This document shows positions 20,001-30,047 of a DNA stretch of 64,000 bases, piece by piece. The notes beneath the pieces were generated by a model that was not told the DNA's origin, searched no databases, and saw only the letters and a list, made by a program, of their open reading frames with translations. The position numbers were made by a program, and so were the translations under genes. The DNA lies in NCBI GenBank assembly GCA_963827285.1, contig CAWHAG010000001.1:274682-338681 (forward strand), written 5' to 3'. Numbering within the stretch: the stretch's first letter is position 1; every line of letters starts with the position of its first letter. This stretch comes from Ignavibacteriota bacterium (GTDB lineage Bacteria > Bacteroidota > Ignavibacteria > CAWHAG01).

Positions 20001-21840
20001 TGCTTAGAGTCATCACTTCCTGCTCGTGATGCTGATAGTTGTATCGCTTTACATTGTTATCCCAGTATTCTGTTCTATCCCACCACTGTCGGATGACCTT
20101 GACAGCGAAGTTTGCCATCACACCATTTTCCTTGAAATCTGCGATTCGTACCTTGAGTCGAACATCTTCCTTCGGCTTATAGACGTATTTATCCGTCTGC
20201 GAGGAAATATAGAACAGCCCTCGTGTCACCTCCACGCTCTTGGCACCTGAGATCGCCCTTCGGCTGTTATCTATGACATTCGCTTGAATGCGATAGACGT
20301 AGTCTTCTCTTGCCTTGACATCGGTATAGTAGGTGAGTTCGAACCTTCCGTTGTTGTCAACTTTCCCCGTGCCGCTATCGAGCAGTTCCTGACGATAGGT
20401 GTAATACTCTTCATCTTCTTCGTAATACCACGCATAATCTGTTCCCTTCCACCACGGACGCCAGTAGCGACTGCGATAGATATAATACTCAACGTCGGCG
20501 TTCGTCACAGGGCTACCAAAGTAATAGTCCGCCTTGACGGTCGCCTTGATAACATCACCTTTCGCGTAATGATCCTTGTCGAATGCAACTTCAACTTTGT
20601 ATTCTGGCTTCTTATATTCCTGGACTTCGAAGTTGTTAGTGTAAGTCCTATTCTCGACAACGGTTTGGATGTTGTAGAAACCCAGTGGTGGTTCCTCGGC
20701 AAGTCTCAGACTCCCATGGAAACTTCCAAACTCGTTTGTCTTCATTGAGTCTTTGTAGACGACACTGCCTCTCGAATCGGTGACGGTAATCTTCACAAGT
20801 TGATTTGGGAAATTCACCAACTGTCCTTCATCGTCTTTCTTTCTTACAATACCTTTGAAGAAGACATCCTGTCCTGGACGATACACGGGACGCTCGGTAT
20901 AGACGTACACATAATACCCCTGTTCTCTATCATAGGAGTAGTAATAAGGATCGGAGATGACAAGGTTTCCATCCTTGATACCCATTATCAGAATATTGCC
21001 GCCGCCGTATTCCCAGTCGAACTCTTCACCTTCCTCTTCAGTCGGAGTTGCTTGCTCTTTCTTTTCTATCGTTAGTGTATAGAGTCCTTTCTTGTCAGTT
21101 GTTCCTTTCCCAATCTTCTTATTCTTTTCATAGAAGGACAGTTCAAAGTCAGAAATCGGCTCACCGGTCTTCTTGTCCACGACATACGCAACCAATTTGG
21201 TTCCAGACCGTTTTGTGACCATCCCACACTTTGAGATCACCAGCATGGTGTAGGCAACTTTGTCAAGAGCTCTGCCCTCGACGAGATAGACACCAGCCTC
21301 TTTGATGTCTGCTCGCACCGTCTGGTAGTTCCACCATTCCTTTGTTTTGATAATCTGCTCCGTCCACTCCTTCACGATCTTGTAGCCCTCGAGTTCTTTG
21401 GGAACTTTCTGTTGCTCTTCAGCTGCCTTCTTTTCCTCCGCTTTTTCTATTCCTGCCATATCGCGGATGTTCACCCGGCTTTCGGCTTTCATGTAGGCGC
21501 GGGCAATCTGCCGAGCATCTCGCTGGATTTTGTTAGCAGCTTCACCGAAGATTTTGAAGATACTCGTCTCGTTGAGGCTTCTGAGATCTGGATGGTGCGG
21601 ATTCCTTTGCTTTTGGAAGAATTTGACAGGGTCGTCAATCTGATACACCCGAAGCTTAATGGTTCCTGAAAGATTATATGTCTCGAGTTGGAACGTGACC
21701 TCATCGCCGGGTGAGAACACTTTCGAGGTTGATAGGTAGAAGCTGTAATCTTTGTCCGCCACTCTCATGGCTGAAAGGAACAGGAGAGCAAACAGCGCAA
21801 GTGGCAGAACAACTCCTCTACGACTGATGATCTGTTTCAT
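17038..21840 (-). CDS. alpha-2-macroglobulin family protein (bacterial A2M, thioester-containing)
   Basis: 1600 aa, signal peptide; thioester motif YPYGCVEQT (CxEQ); size and architecture typical of bacterial A2M. Confidence 0.85.
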   Translation of the reverse strand: MKQIISRRGVVLPLALFALLFLSAMRVADKDYSFYLSTSKVFSPGDEVTFQLETYNLSGTIKLRVYQIDDPVKFFQKQRNPHHPDLRSLNETSIFKIFGEAANKIQRDARQIARAYMKAESRVNIRDMAGIEKAEEKKAAEEQQKVPKELEGYKIVKEWTEQIIKTKEWWNYQTVRADIKEAGVYLVEGRALDKVAYTMLVISKCGMVTKRSGTKLVAYVVDKKTGEPISDFELSFYEKNKKIGKGTTDKKGLYTLTIEKKEQATPTEEEGEEFDWEYGGGNILIMGIKDGNLVISDPYYYSYDREQGYYVYVYTERPVYRPGQDVFFKGIVRKKDDEGQLVNFPNQLVKITVTDSRGSVVYKDSMKTNEFGSFHGSLRLAEEPPLGFYNIQTVVENRTYTNNFEVQEYKKPEYKVEVAFDKDHYAKGDVIKATVKADYYFGSPVTNADVEYYIYRSRYWRPWWKGTDYAWYYEEDEEYYTYRQELLDSGTGKVDNNGRFELTYYTDVKAREDYVYRIQANVIDNSRRAISGAKSVEVTRGLFYISSQTDKYVYKPKEDVRLKVRIADFKENGVMANFAVKVIRQWWDRTEYWDNNVKRYNYQHHEQEVMTLSSATNRDGSGTVNFSVQENGYYRLVVSARDSRNNYIDETSYLYVTDERYYAYWGEESAKIQIIPDKDSYTAGETMHALIVLPTSGIDALVTVEGEDILDQNVERFDGVSKVIDVKLKDNYRPNIYLSVSTLFNDNFYNQSKRVLIIPQEKFLNVEILNDKQTYKPQDQGELTVKVTDENGRSVRNAEVSVGVVDESVYAISPERTTDIKKFFYNIRYNSVQTSSSLFFNFYGYSRGLRKEEYSDNKKAGEAAPLMATRSERERIALGDVKGQLFMEPATRREFKDMMLWQPTLVTDGNGIAKVQVKYPDNLTTWRATVRAMTRETEVGSEISRVIARKNLIVRMETPRFFMQKDELLIATIVHNYLSEDKQTKVSLSATNLNVEGTEKIITVPRNGEVKIDWKVRTSSPGEAKLLAKALTNEESDAMEVKVPVLPHGLQIAEAQVIDIDANREVKTATVNIPQAVDLSSAQFYVSISPSLASSILGALDDLIGYPYGCVEQTMSRFLPTVIVANTMRDLNVPLAEDVKKEIPKMVEKGLKRLYNFQHEDGGWGWWENDQSDPFMTAYVVYGLSLAKRANYEIPENVISKGIWNLKGHLESTVKLDPTTHAYVIYVMTFANEQEKVLEKSIIDGQLARFDTRGINNYARSLLALASYHQGDKATAMTLVNQLEAGTTSTGTAIYWTGKSWHYNWQDDAVETTAFALKALIEMKGNSDLIRKGVHWLLSQRHGFSWNSTRQTAIIIFALADYLKNSKELQPNYLTKVYVNDQMVMEKKVTQDDVFSKEARVKVNGRSLRQGENRIRVEKYGDGKLYFTSRVMYYSADENIQPKSAGFKVTREYFKLVKQRRSEEIVYVKQPFTGTVKSGDEIFVKLHIYSDDNYEYFMLEDPLPSGCEVIRKTDGYKIADEDGYSGGEYYGWRWWWEERDVRDEKVAFFARYFYSGEHAFTYIVRAQIPGNYHVMPSLASLMYYPEVRGNANEVSLDITE

Positions 21841-22222
21841 AAAGCACCTTGGCTTTAGTAGAGTTCATGGCAGTTTCTGTTTTTATACTGGATTTGCAGT
21901 GCGACTTCTAAATCGCTGCTTTAGAAGCGAGATAAATCTTGCGCTACGATCTATCGAAACTTGCTCAACAGAGTAGTGGTTTCTGTCTTGTACACTTGTT
22001 ATATGTCCGTTAAGAAGGTTATGTTCCTAAAGGGGAAGCGAAAAGGCAAGGCACAGTTAGCCAAGGACCTACTATGGGCTGAAGCGTTGTAGGACGAGCT
22101 TCAGCTCGTCGTGCGACATGAATGTCGCGCTTCATCCTTTTCCGCAAAAGGTGTTAATGTCTGAGTTATCCCGGCTTGTCAGGCTTGGGAACTCGCAATG
22201 ACAGGTTCTTTTCCGGTCACCC

Positions 22223-23110
22223 TTATCCCTCAACAAAACAGACGCTATTCCACAATGTATTCTCTCCATCTTTATAGACCGCATACTGGAAGTCCTTTCT
22301 CACACTTGCCGCACCAATTTCCCCTTTCTTGCTTAGAGCGATAACGCCGACCTGAAAATCACGGGTGCCGTTCATCTTGAGCATTCTCTTAATCGCTAGC
22401 TCACACGCTTGTTGCGGAGTCATTCCTTCTCTCATCTTCTCTACGACGAGAAAACTGCTGCATGCTCGTATCACTTGCTCTCCGTTACCTGTTGCTGCGG
22501 CGGCACCAACTTCGTTATCAACATATAGCCCTGCACCGATGATGGGCGAGTCTCCAACACGCCCTCGCTTCTTGAACGCAAGTCCGCTTGTCGTGCAGGC
22601 ACCGGAGAGATTTCCGTCGCTGTCGAGGGCGAGCAGACCAATTGTATCGTGGTCTTCCTCATTTGGCATAGGTGGACGCCAGTTCGCTTTATCGCTAAGG
22701 GCGTTCCAGTCCAACCACCTATTGCGCGCATGTTCCGTCAGCAAGTCTGTTTTCTCGAAGCCGTGAGCCAGTGCAAATTCTAGTGCGCCCTCACCGGCAA
22801 GCATCACGTGTTTGGTCTCCTCCATCACAAGTCGGGCAACAGAAATCGGATTCTTGATATGTTCAAGAAACGCAACGGCACCAGCATTGCCACGCCAGTC
22901 CATAATCGCGGCGTCAAGCGTCACCTGACCGGTTTCATCGGGCATACCGCCGTAACCGACACTCGTCACTGTGGCATCATCCTCTGCGACACGCACCCCC
23001 TGTTCCACCGCGTCAAGTGCACTGCCGCCACTGATGAGCACCTTCCACGCCGCTTCATTTGCCGCAAGACCATGCTTCCAGGTTGATATAACAGTAGGCT
23101 TGTTTTCCAT
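22223..23110 (-). CDS. isoaspartyl peptidase / L-asparaginase (Ntn-hydrolase, plant-type asparaginase family)
   Basis: HDTIGLLALDSDGNLSGACTTSGLAFKKRGRVGDSPIIGAGLYVDNEVGAAAATGNGE matches the asparaginase_2 family. Confidence 0.8.
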   Translation of the reverse strand: MENKPTVISTWKHGLAANEAAWKVLISGGSALDAVEQGVRVAEDDATVTSVGYGGMPDETGQVTLDAAIMDWRGNAGAVAFLEHIKNPISVARLVMEETKHVMLAGEGALEFALAHGFEKTDLLTEHARNRWLDWNALSDKANWRPPMPNEEDHDTIGLLALDSDGNLSGACTTSGLAFKKRGRVGDSPIIGAGLYVDNEVGAAAATGNGEQVIRACSSFLVVEKMREGMTPQQACELAIKRMLKMNGTRDFQVGVIALSKKGEIGAASVRKDFQYAVYKDGENTLWNSVCFVEG

Positions 23111-23113
23111 TCT

Positions 23114-25069
23114 CTATTTGCTGATGATCATTTTGTTTGTTTCAGTGAAACCCTTTGCCGACAGACGATAGAAGTACACACCGCTGGATAGAATGTCGAA
23201 TGTTCCCGCAAAGCGGGATCGAATATCGAATGTCACACGGTAGTTTCCAGGATTTTTTTCTTCATTTACCAAGGTTGCCACTTCTCTTCCAAGCACATCG
23301 AAGACTTTCAGCGTCACGTGTTCGCGCTGTGGAAGTGAGAAACGAATCGTGGTGGCAGGATTGAAGGGATTCGGATAATTTCGTTCAAGCCGATAGCCTT
23401 GCGGCGCCATGGGCAGAGATTCTTTCACGCTTGTGATGGCCGTCGTTGACAGCAAAACCCGAGATGGACAACTCGCATCGTGATAAATACAATTCGTCGC
23501 GACAAGCGTATCGCCTGGTTTGTAAAGAACACCGCCATTATTCAGGTTGATATCAAAACGTGGGTAGTCCGATGAACTCACATCAATCCGCAACTGGTGT
23601 CCCTTCAGAAACGTCATTGCAAGATTTTGCAGTTCAGTCGTCACAGGATATATTTGCCCGGGTGTCATTAAATCTTCCACACTGTACGAATTGCGGAAGC
23701 GCATTCGTCTGATACCAGCCGTCAGAATCATGGAGCGTCCGTCGGGGTACACATCGCACAAACGTACACCGAAGTCTGTATCTTTTCTGTTGGATGACAC
23801 ATAGAGTCGAACTTCTGTTGCTCCGTCCACCATCAAATCATTTTGGAGAACCGGAGTGGTGTACGTGAGAACATCGCTGCGGCTTTCAACACGCTGTCGC
23901 TGGTCGAGCGGTCCACCCTGAACCGACGGGTCAAACGGATTAAATCTCACACCGCCGTAAGAGGGTGTAGGATCGCGCGGATTGTACCTCAACGAATCAG
24001 GTGTGGCACTCTGTGGTGGTGCAGCTCGTGATAACAAGCCGCCCGATTGCAGATACAACGTATCCGTTGCACCGCCGAGCGAATACCAATCGCTTGTTGA
24101 GCGCCATTCATCTGTTCCCATCTGGTAGTAGCGTATAGTCGGGTTTTGGTCGTACCCGCTCTGCATGTTCCGCAGATAGTAATCAAAGAAACGCATTGCT
24201 GCGGTATCAGAGATCCCAACGGCGTTCGGATACTCTAACTCTCCTTGCTTCGATTTTCCTATTTCTGAATGCATCCAGGGACCGATAATGAATTTGTGCT
24301 TCGAGCGAACTGATGGTGCACTTCTCGCTTTAAGATCATGAAAAGCACGAATCACATCATCAGGATAATGGTCGTACCATCCACCAATCAGAAGCATGGG
24401 TACGGCAATCGAATCGGGATAATCCGAACTTGTCTCGAGGAGCCTCCACATCGGATTATATGATGGGTTTGCTAATATGAACTCCGTCGGGAGAAACCCG
24501 AGTCTTTCCATCGTCTCATTGTGTTCCTTCAGGTAATCGCCACCATAATAAAAATTCGAGTACGCAATTTTATAATCTTTCACCAGCGGCATACTGCAGA
24601 CAAGATGCGGCGGATGGTGTTTGGCTGTCTGAAACTGAATGAGACCCAGAGCGGACGGTCCCCACGTACCGACTTTGCCATTGCACCACCGCCGATATGC
24701 TATCCATTCAACGGCATCGTAGCCATCCAAGCCTCTATCGTAGCCGGATACATCCGCATCCTTCGAGCCGTAGAATCCACGCCAATCAACAACTACGCAA
24801 TTGTAATGCACACTGTCGTAAGGAAACGATGAGCCGCCTGCTTCCGGCAGACCAACTCTGATGCGATAATAATTTTTGTTGTATGGTGTCTGGACGAGGA
24901 TGACGGGCTTTGCTGCAGTGGTGTCAAGGGAATATAGATCAGCCGCAAGAACTTTTCCATCACGGGTCGGAATCGTGATGGGAATGTAACGCGCTGTATC
25001 TTGAGCGAACATCCTGGAACCGAGCGTTGTTATAAGACAGACGATCAGATAATAAACTGTGATTTTCAT
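23114..25069 (-). CDS. CocE/NonD-family hydrolase (S15 Xaa-Pro dipeptidyl-peptidase-like) with T9SS C-terminal sorting domain
   Basis: 651 aa, signal peptide; YNCVVVDWRGFYGSKD region; C-terminal ERNYPNPFNPATTIRFSLP...VFDVLGREVATLV...GVYFYRL...KMIISK is a T9SS CTD. Confidence 0.7.
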   Translation of the reverse strand: MKITVYYLIVCLITTLGSRMFAQDTARYIPITIPTRDGKVLAADLYSLDTTAAKPVILVQTPYNKNYYRIRVGLPEAGGSSFPYDSVHYNCVVVDWRGFYGSKDADVSGYDRGLDGYDAVEWIAYRRWCNGKVGTWGPSALGLIQFQTAKHHPPHLVCSMPLVKDYKIAYSNFYYGGDYLKEHNETMERLGFLPTEFILANPSYNPMWRLLETSSDYPDSIAVPMLLIGGWYDHYPDDVIRAFHDLKARSAPSVRSKHKFIIGPWMHSEIGKSKQGELEYPNAVGISDTAAMRFFDYYLRNMQSGYDQNPTIRYYQMGTDEWRSTSDWYSLGGATDTLYLQSGGLLSRAAPPQSATPDSLRYNPRDPTPSYGGVRFNPFDPSVQGGPLDQRQRVESRSDVLTYTTPVLQNDLMVDGATEVRLYVSSNRKDTDFGVRLCDVYPDGRSMILTAGIRRMRFRNSYSVEDLMTPGQIYPVTTELQNLAMTFLKGHQLRIDVSSSDYPRFDINLNNGGVLYKPGDTLVATNCIYHDASCPSRVLLSTTAITSVKESLPMAPQGYRLERNYPNPFNPATTIRFSLPQREHVTLKVFDVLGREVATLVNEEKNPGNYRVTFDIRSRFAGTFDILSSGVYFYRLSAKGFTETNKMIISK

Positions 25070-25383
25070 TCTATCACGACCATTGATTTTTGTTGGACAT
25101 ATTCACCGTCGCGAAGTTGATAAAGATATACACCGCTGGATAGAATGTCGAGTGTCGAATAACGAATGTCGTATGTCGCACGATAGTTCCCAGGACTCTT
25201 TTCTTCACTTACCAGGGTTGCCACTTCTCTGTCCAATACATCAAAGACCTCGAGAGAAACAGATGTAGAATTCGGGACTCGAAATTTGTCATTGGATTGA
25301 AGGGGTTTGGATAGTTCTGGGATAGCCGATGGTTGCTCTCTGTCATCCGTGTGGATAGCACTTCCACGATGGAACTGATTCAA
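25066..25383 (-). pseudogene. orphan T9SS C-terminal-domain remnant (frameshifted, no catalytic domain upstream)
   Basis: ORF encodes ...VSLEVFDVLDREVATLVSEEKSPGNYRATYDIRYSTLDILSSGVYLYQLRDG...; QNYPNPFNP is in a different frame just upstream and preceded by a stop; DNA is clearly related to the 3' end of the adjacent S15 gene (23141-23300). Confidence 0.6.
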
Positions 25384-25460
25384 CAGATCAAATATTGGTG
25401 GATAAATCTGTGCATATCCGTCACATCCGCGTTATCCGTGGTCCATTTTCTTCTGGTGGT

Positions 25461-26903
25461 TTAAGCCTTCCTCCACACAGTCCCTTCTCTTTTGTCTTCA
25501 AGTATCACGCCGAGATTCTCCAATTCTTCACGGATTTTGTCTGAGAGTGCCCAGTTCTTATTTGCTCGTGCTTCATTCCGTAGATTTATCAAAAGACTAA
25601 TTAGACGATCCTCTGATACTGCGCCCTCTGCTTTTCGTGTACCCAATTCTCTCGGAACAATACCGAGTACCTCATGACCAAGTTCACGATAGAGCGCATC
25701 AGCGTTTGTCAATGACTCTGAGCTAAGCTGTTCCCCAGAATTTAGAACAGTGTTGACCTCCTTGCTTAGATCGAACAGGACAGCGATCGCCTGAGGGGTG
25801 TTGAAGTCATCGTCCATCGCTTCAATGAACTTTTCTTTATATCCAGAGAGATTGATAATCTCTACTTTCTTGCCTGGTTGATTCTTCGCAATCTCAATGT
25901 GCAGCTGCTCTACCGTATGAAGAAGTCTCTCTAACCCCTTCTTTGCTCCATCCATTGCTGCATCGCTGAAATCCAATGTGCTGCGATAATGTCTTTGCAG
26001 AACAAAGAAACGCACCACGAGAGGATCGTATTTGTTGAACAACTCTTTCAGATAAACAGCGTTGCCAAGCGATTTACCCATCTTCTGACCGTCAACAGTC
26101 ACCATGTTGTTATGCATCCAGTACTTCACAAATGGCTTCGCTGTCGCAGCTTCGCTCTGGGCAATCTCACACTCGTGATGAGGAAATTCATTTTCGATTC
26201 CGCCTCCATGTAGGTCGAAGCTTTCACCGAGATACTTCATGCTCATTGCTGAACACTCGATATGCCAGCCGGGAAATCCTTTTCCCCACGGACTCTGCCA
26301 CTGCATGATATGCTCTGGCTCAGCTCGTTTCCAGAGAGCGAAATCAGCAGGGTGCTTCTTCTCCTCCTTCACATCAATTCGCACGCCAGCCTCCATATCC
26401 TCAACTTTTCTCCCGGAGAGTCTTCCGTATTCATGGAATTTGCTCACATCGAAATACACCGAGCCGTTGACTTCGTAGGCATAACCTTTCGCCAGCAGGT
26501 CCTTGATCATTTCGATCTGTTCAATGATATGACCGCTTGGGCGGGGAGATATGTCCGGACGCAAGATACCGAGCTTATCCATATCCTCAAAGTAACTGCG
26601 CATGTAGGTCTCGACCATCTGCATCGGCTGTAAACTGTCGCGCGCTGCACCGTGCAGAATGCGATCCTCGCCTGATTCGAGCATGTGACCAACGTCCGTG
26701 ATGTTCTGGACATAGAGCACTCTGTAACCGAGATACCGCAGGTAGCGGACAATCACATCGAAGGATACATAGCTCTTGGCGTGTCCGATGTGCGAGTGGT
26801 CATAGACCGTTGGACCGCAGACGTAGATTCCTACTCTGCCTTCCTGCAGTGGTCGAAATTCTTCTTTCTGGCGTGCGAGAGTGTTGTAGATATGAAGAGA
26901 CAT
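25461..26903 (-). CDS. cysS: cysteine--tRNA ligase
   Basis: 480 aa; HIGH motif (HIGHAKSY) and KMSKS-type motif (KMGKSLGN). Confidence 0.95.
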   Translation of the reverse strand: MSLHIYNTLARQKEEFRPLQEGRVGIYVCGPTVYDHSHIGHAKSYVSFDVIVRYLRYLGYRVLYVQNITDVGHMLESGEDRILHGAARDSLQPMQMVETYMRSYFEDMDKLGILRPDISPRPSGHIIEQIEMIKDLLAKGYAYEVNGSVYFDVSKFHEYGRLSGRKVEDMEAGVRIDVKEEKKHPADFALWKRAEPEHIMQWQSPWGKGFPGWHIECSAMSMKYLGESFDLHGGGIENEFPHHECEIAQSEAATAKPFVKYWMHNNMVTVDGQKMGKSLGNAVYLKELFNKYDPLVVRFFVLQRHYRSTLDFSDAAMDGAKKGLERLLHTVEQLHIEIAKNQPGKKVEIINLSGYKEKFIEAMDDDFNTPQAIAVLFDLSKEVNTVLNSGEQLSSESLTNADALYRELGHEVLGIVPRELGTRKAEGAVSEDRLISLLINLRNEARANKNWALSDKIREELENLGVILEDKREGTVWRKA

Positions 26904-27031
26904 AGACTATCAAATGAGTATGGCTTTCTGTCTTTCAAACATGATAATAGGACACTGATTTGACGGATTCGACCGATTCACACGGATTATTCTCTGTCCC
27001 GCTTTGCGGGATTCAATCCGTGTTCCATTTT

Positions 27032-28753
27032 TCATTTCGTTATTTCCATTAGTTCTCTTGCTCCTCTCAAGCTCGCCTCCGTCACTTCCTCACCGCTCAT
27101 TAGTTTGGCAATCTCTCGAACTCGTTCATCGAGCTCGAGTTTTCGAATGGTGGTCGCAGCTCGCTTCCTGTCCACTGTCTTTTCAACGACGAAGTGCGTC
27201 TCGGCTAAGCCGGCAATCTGAGGGAGATGGGTGATGGCAATGATCTGATGGAAGTTCGAGAGCGTCTTTAGACTGATTCCCACTTTCTGTGCGATGCGAC
27301 CGCTGATACCGATGTCAATCTCATCAAACACGAGTATCGGAAGTCTGTCAGATTTTGCGAGAATCATCTTCAGCGCAAGCATCACACGAGAAATCTCACC
27401 ACCGGAAGCAACCTTCACGAGAGGCTTGACATCTTCGCCGATGTTTGTGGAAATATGGAACTCGACAAAATCAATTCCACATGGAGTTGTCTCATAAAAC
27501 TCCCTCCCTAGTTTCACATAACCCTTGGTCGGATTTCTGGAGTCTGCTTTCTGGCTCCTGTTCTCGATTTTGACTTCAAAACTCCCGTTGCTGATGCCAA
27601 GCTCCTTGAGGGCGTTCACTACTTGCCCGCTCAAGCGACCTGCCACTTCGCGTCGCTTTGTGGATAGTCTCTGAGCTAAGTTCGAACATTTTCTTCTCTC
27701 GCCTTCGATCGTTGCCTGCAGCTTCTGGATCTCAGTCTCGAAGTTCTCGGCGAGGGCAAACTCTTTCCCGATCTTCTGACGATGCTCGATCACCGTTTCC
27801 AGCGAACCGCCATATTTTTTCTTCAAGTGAGTAAGCTGACCCAGCCGATCTCGAATCTCCTCCAACCGCTCAGGATTAAATTCAATGCGTGCATTGTAAC
27901 TCTGGATGGTTTTCCGCAGCTCGTCCACAATCACTTCTGCAGAACGACATTCCTCCGTTGCTTCATGAAACGACTTATCTATCTGAGCAAGGTCATCCAA
28001 CTGATTCCGGGCAAGGACGAGTTGATCGTGTATGGAACCATCGTTCTCATACAAGAGTTGATACAGTCTCGTTGTTGCATCGTACAATCGTTCCGCGTTC
28101 TCCAGTATTCTCAATTCTGCTTCCAGTTCCTCCATCTCGCCCACACGGGGATTGACACTGTCAATCTCTTTGATCTGAAACTCGTATAGTTCCTTTCTCT
28201 CCTTGAGTAGTGCTTCTCTGTCTATCAGGGATTTCAGTTCTGCGAAGAGGCTGTTCAATTCTTGATAGGAAGTCTTGAACTCCTCCACCATTCCGCCTAA
28301 GCCGGCAAAGTCGTCCAGCAGTTCAATATGTGTTTCCGATTTCAAGAGCGACTGATGCTCATGCTGACCATGTAAATCCACTAGCATGTCGCCCACCTCT
28401 TTCAAGAACGATAGTGTTACCGGTGTGTCATTGATGAAGCATCGGCTTTGCACCTTGACGGAAACATCACGTCGCAGGATAACTTCTTCAGCGCATTCGA
28501 TTTGATGCTGTTCCAGAAGTGCTTTGAGTGTTTGGTTGCCTGAGACGTTCAACACTCCTTCAACGATTGCTTTCTCAGTTCCTCTGCGGATTTCCTCGAT
28601 GGTTGCACGCTCACCGAGCAGGAGACCCAGTGCATCAATGATGATGGATTTCCCGGCACCCGTCTCGCCCGTCAATATGTTCAGTCCGCTGTCAAACTGG
28701 ACTTGGATACTCTCGATCAGGGCGTAGTCTTGAATGTGAAGCGACTTGAGCAT
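27032..28753 (-). CDS. recN: DNA repair protein RecN
   Basis: 573 aa; N-terminal Walker A LNILTGETGAGKSIIIDAL; SMC-like coiled-coil architecture. Confidence 0.9.
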   Translation of the reverse strand: MLKSLHIQDYALIESIQVQFDSGLNILTGETGAGKSIIIDALGLLLGERATIEEIRRGTEKAIVEGVLNVSGNQTLKALLEQHQIECAEEVILRRDVSVKVQSRCFINDTPVTLSFLKEVGDMLVDLHGQHEHQSLLKSETHIELLDDFAGLGGMVEEFKTSYQELNSLFAELKSLIDREALLKERKELYEFQIKEIDSVNPRVGEMEELEAELRILENAERLYDATTRLYQLLYENDGSIHDQLVLARNQLDDLAQIDKSFHEATEECRSAEVIVDELRKTIQSYNARIEFNPERLEEIRDRLGQLTHLKKKYGGSLETVIEHRQKIGKEFALAENFETEIQKLQATIEGERRKCSNLAQRLSTKRREVAGRLSGQVVNALKELGISNGSFEVKIENRSQKADSRNPTKGYVKLGREFYETTPCGIDFVEFHISTNIGEDVKPLVKVASGGEISRVMLALKMILAKSDRLPILVFDEIDIGISGRIAQKVGISLKTLSNFHQIIAITHLPQIAGLAETHFVVEKTVDRKRAATTIRKLELDERVREIAKLMSGEEVTEASLRGARELMEITK

Positions 28754-28907
28754 GGTGGTAAGGAGAACGGAAATCCCAATTTCACTTCTATAGAATCACG
28801 ACACAATTTAAGGATTCTTTCGGTGAAATTCAAGCGAGCGGTGGGAAAATGCTGCAGTTAAGTCTGAGAGAGCCTCAAGACTGGAAGATCTTCTCCTGCT
28901 GCTTTGT

Positions 28908-29822
28908 TCATTTTAGATAAACTACACGGATCGTTCTCATCTTATGATTCCATCTGAGCCGAATAAGATACACTCCAGAGCCAACGTTGCCTCCAAAATC
29001 ATTTCTGCCATCCCAGCGCACACTGTGCTTTCCGGCTCCCAGTCGCTGTGGGGGGATTATTGTCCCTATCATCATTCCCAGTGCGTTATAAACCTCCCCC
29101 TTAACCTCCCCCGCTTGTGGAAGGTGATACACGATAGTGACAATACTGTTAAATGGATTCGGGAAACTCTGTTCAACAACGAAATCTGATGGCAATTCCG
29201 CCCTTGTTTGAGTGCTTGATACAAGGAGGCTCCCATACCTCTTTCCGTTGATGATTGCCCCAATGAGATAAAACCTAATCCCCCACTCTGCGAGTATATA
29301 ATAAGGTCCGAATTCATCTGCGAAATCAATCAGCTTCACATCCACACCGCGACCATACTCGATTTCCCTGGTTTCAACTGCATCGCCAAGAACAACCGCC
29401 TTACCATAGCCTACCATCGTTGCTGTCCCTGATCCACTTCTATAACTCATCCATGTCTCACCAACCTGCGCACCCAACTTGTCCATCAAGAACTCACCTG
29501 ACTCTCCTATATAGCGGCTATATCGGTAAGTGTTCAACGAATCGTCAATACGTATGGGTAGCCCGCCATCAAAGACATGGTACTTTTTCCCATTCGGCAT
29601 CAACGTATCTCGGATTATTTCTGCTGTTGTGATTGAGGTGTCCCCGGGCCAACCACCCTCTACCCTATACTGCCAGGCATTCCCTACTTGCAACGGATAG
29701 AAATTTTTCGTGGTGTCTGGTTGGGCAGATAAGCGGAACACGAGTAGAATTAACGGCAACGCTGCGGACAGTACTTTCGTCGTCACATTTCTCTGCACAG
29801 GAAAACGTTTAAGAAGAAGCAT
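28908..29822 (-). CDS. hypothetical secreted protein with T9SS-type C-terminal sorting domain
   Basis: 304 aa, signal peptide; C-terminal FPNPFNS...VYNALGMMIGTII...GVYLIRL resembles a T9SS CTD. Confidence 0.6.
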   Translation of the reverse strand: MLLLKRFPVQRNVTTKVLSAALPLILLVFRLSAQPDTTKNFYPLQVGNAWQYRVEGGWPGDTSITTAEIIRDTLMPNGKKYHVFDGGLPIRIDDSLNTYRYSRYIGESGEFLMDKLGAQVGETWMSYRSGSGTATMVGYGKAVVLGDAVETREIEYGRGVDVKLIDFADEFGPYYILAEWGIRFYLIGAIINGKRYGSLLVSSTQTRAELPSDFVVEQSFPNPFNSIVTIVYHLPQAGEVKGEVYNALGMMIGTIIPPQRLGAGKHSVRWDGRNDFGGNVGSGVYLIRLRWNHKMRTIRVVYLK

Positions 29823-30002
29823 GGACTTCCTTCAGAGTTATGTTTCAAAATGCATCTTCCGATAATTCCACAAAGGATTTCAGAATCGGAAGAACTCTAA
29901 GATGTTTATCTCCGGATGCGATCCAGGGGCCGAACAGCCCTGCACTTCACTGTGGCGATAGGTTAGAATCTTCTCGGTTGACCAACTACAGATACAAACG
30001 CA

Positions 30003-30047
30003 AAATCCCTATGCCACCTACCGTCATGGTAATTGGCATAGGGATTT
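30003..30047 (-). terminator. terminator-like hairpin (14-bp perfect inverted repeat) about 450 nt downstream of rplS
   Basis: AAATCCCTATGCCA ... TGGCATAGGGATTT with 17-nt loop; on the minus strand it is followed by TTTTGCGTTTGT. Confidence 0.5.

Noticed and set aside
17836-21075. Several plus-strand ORFs of 70-150 aa inside the A2M gene
   Set aside because: Antisense to a 1600-aa intact A2M coding region; no independent support.
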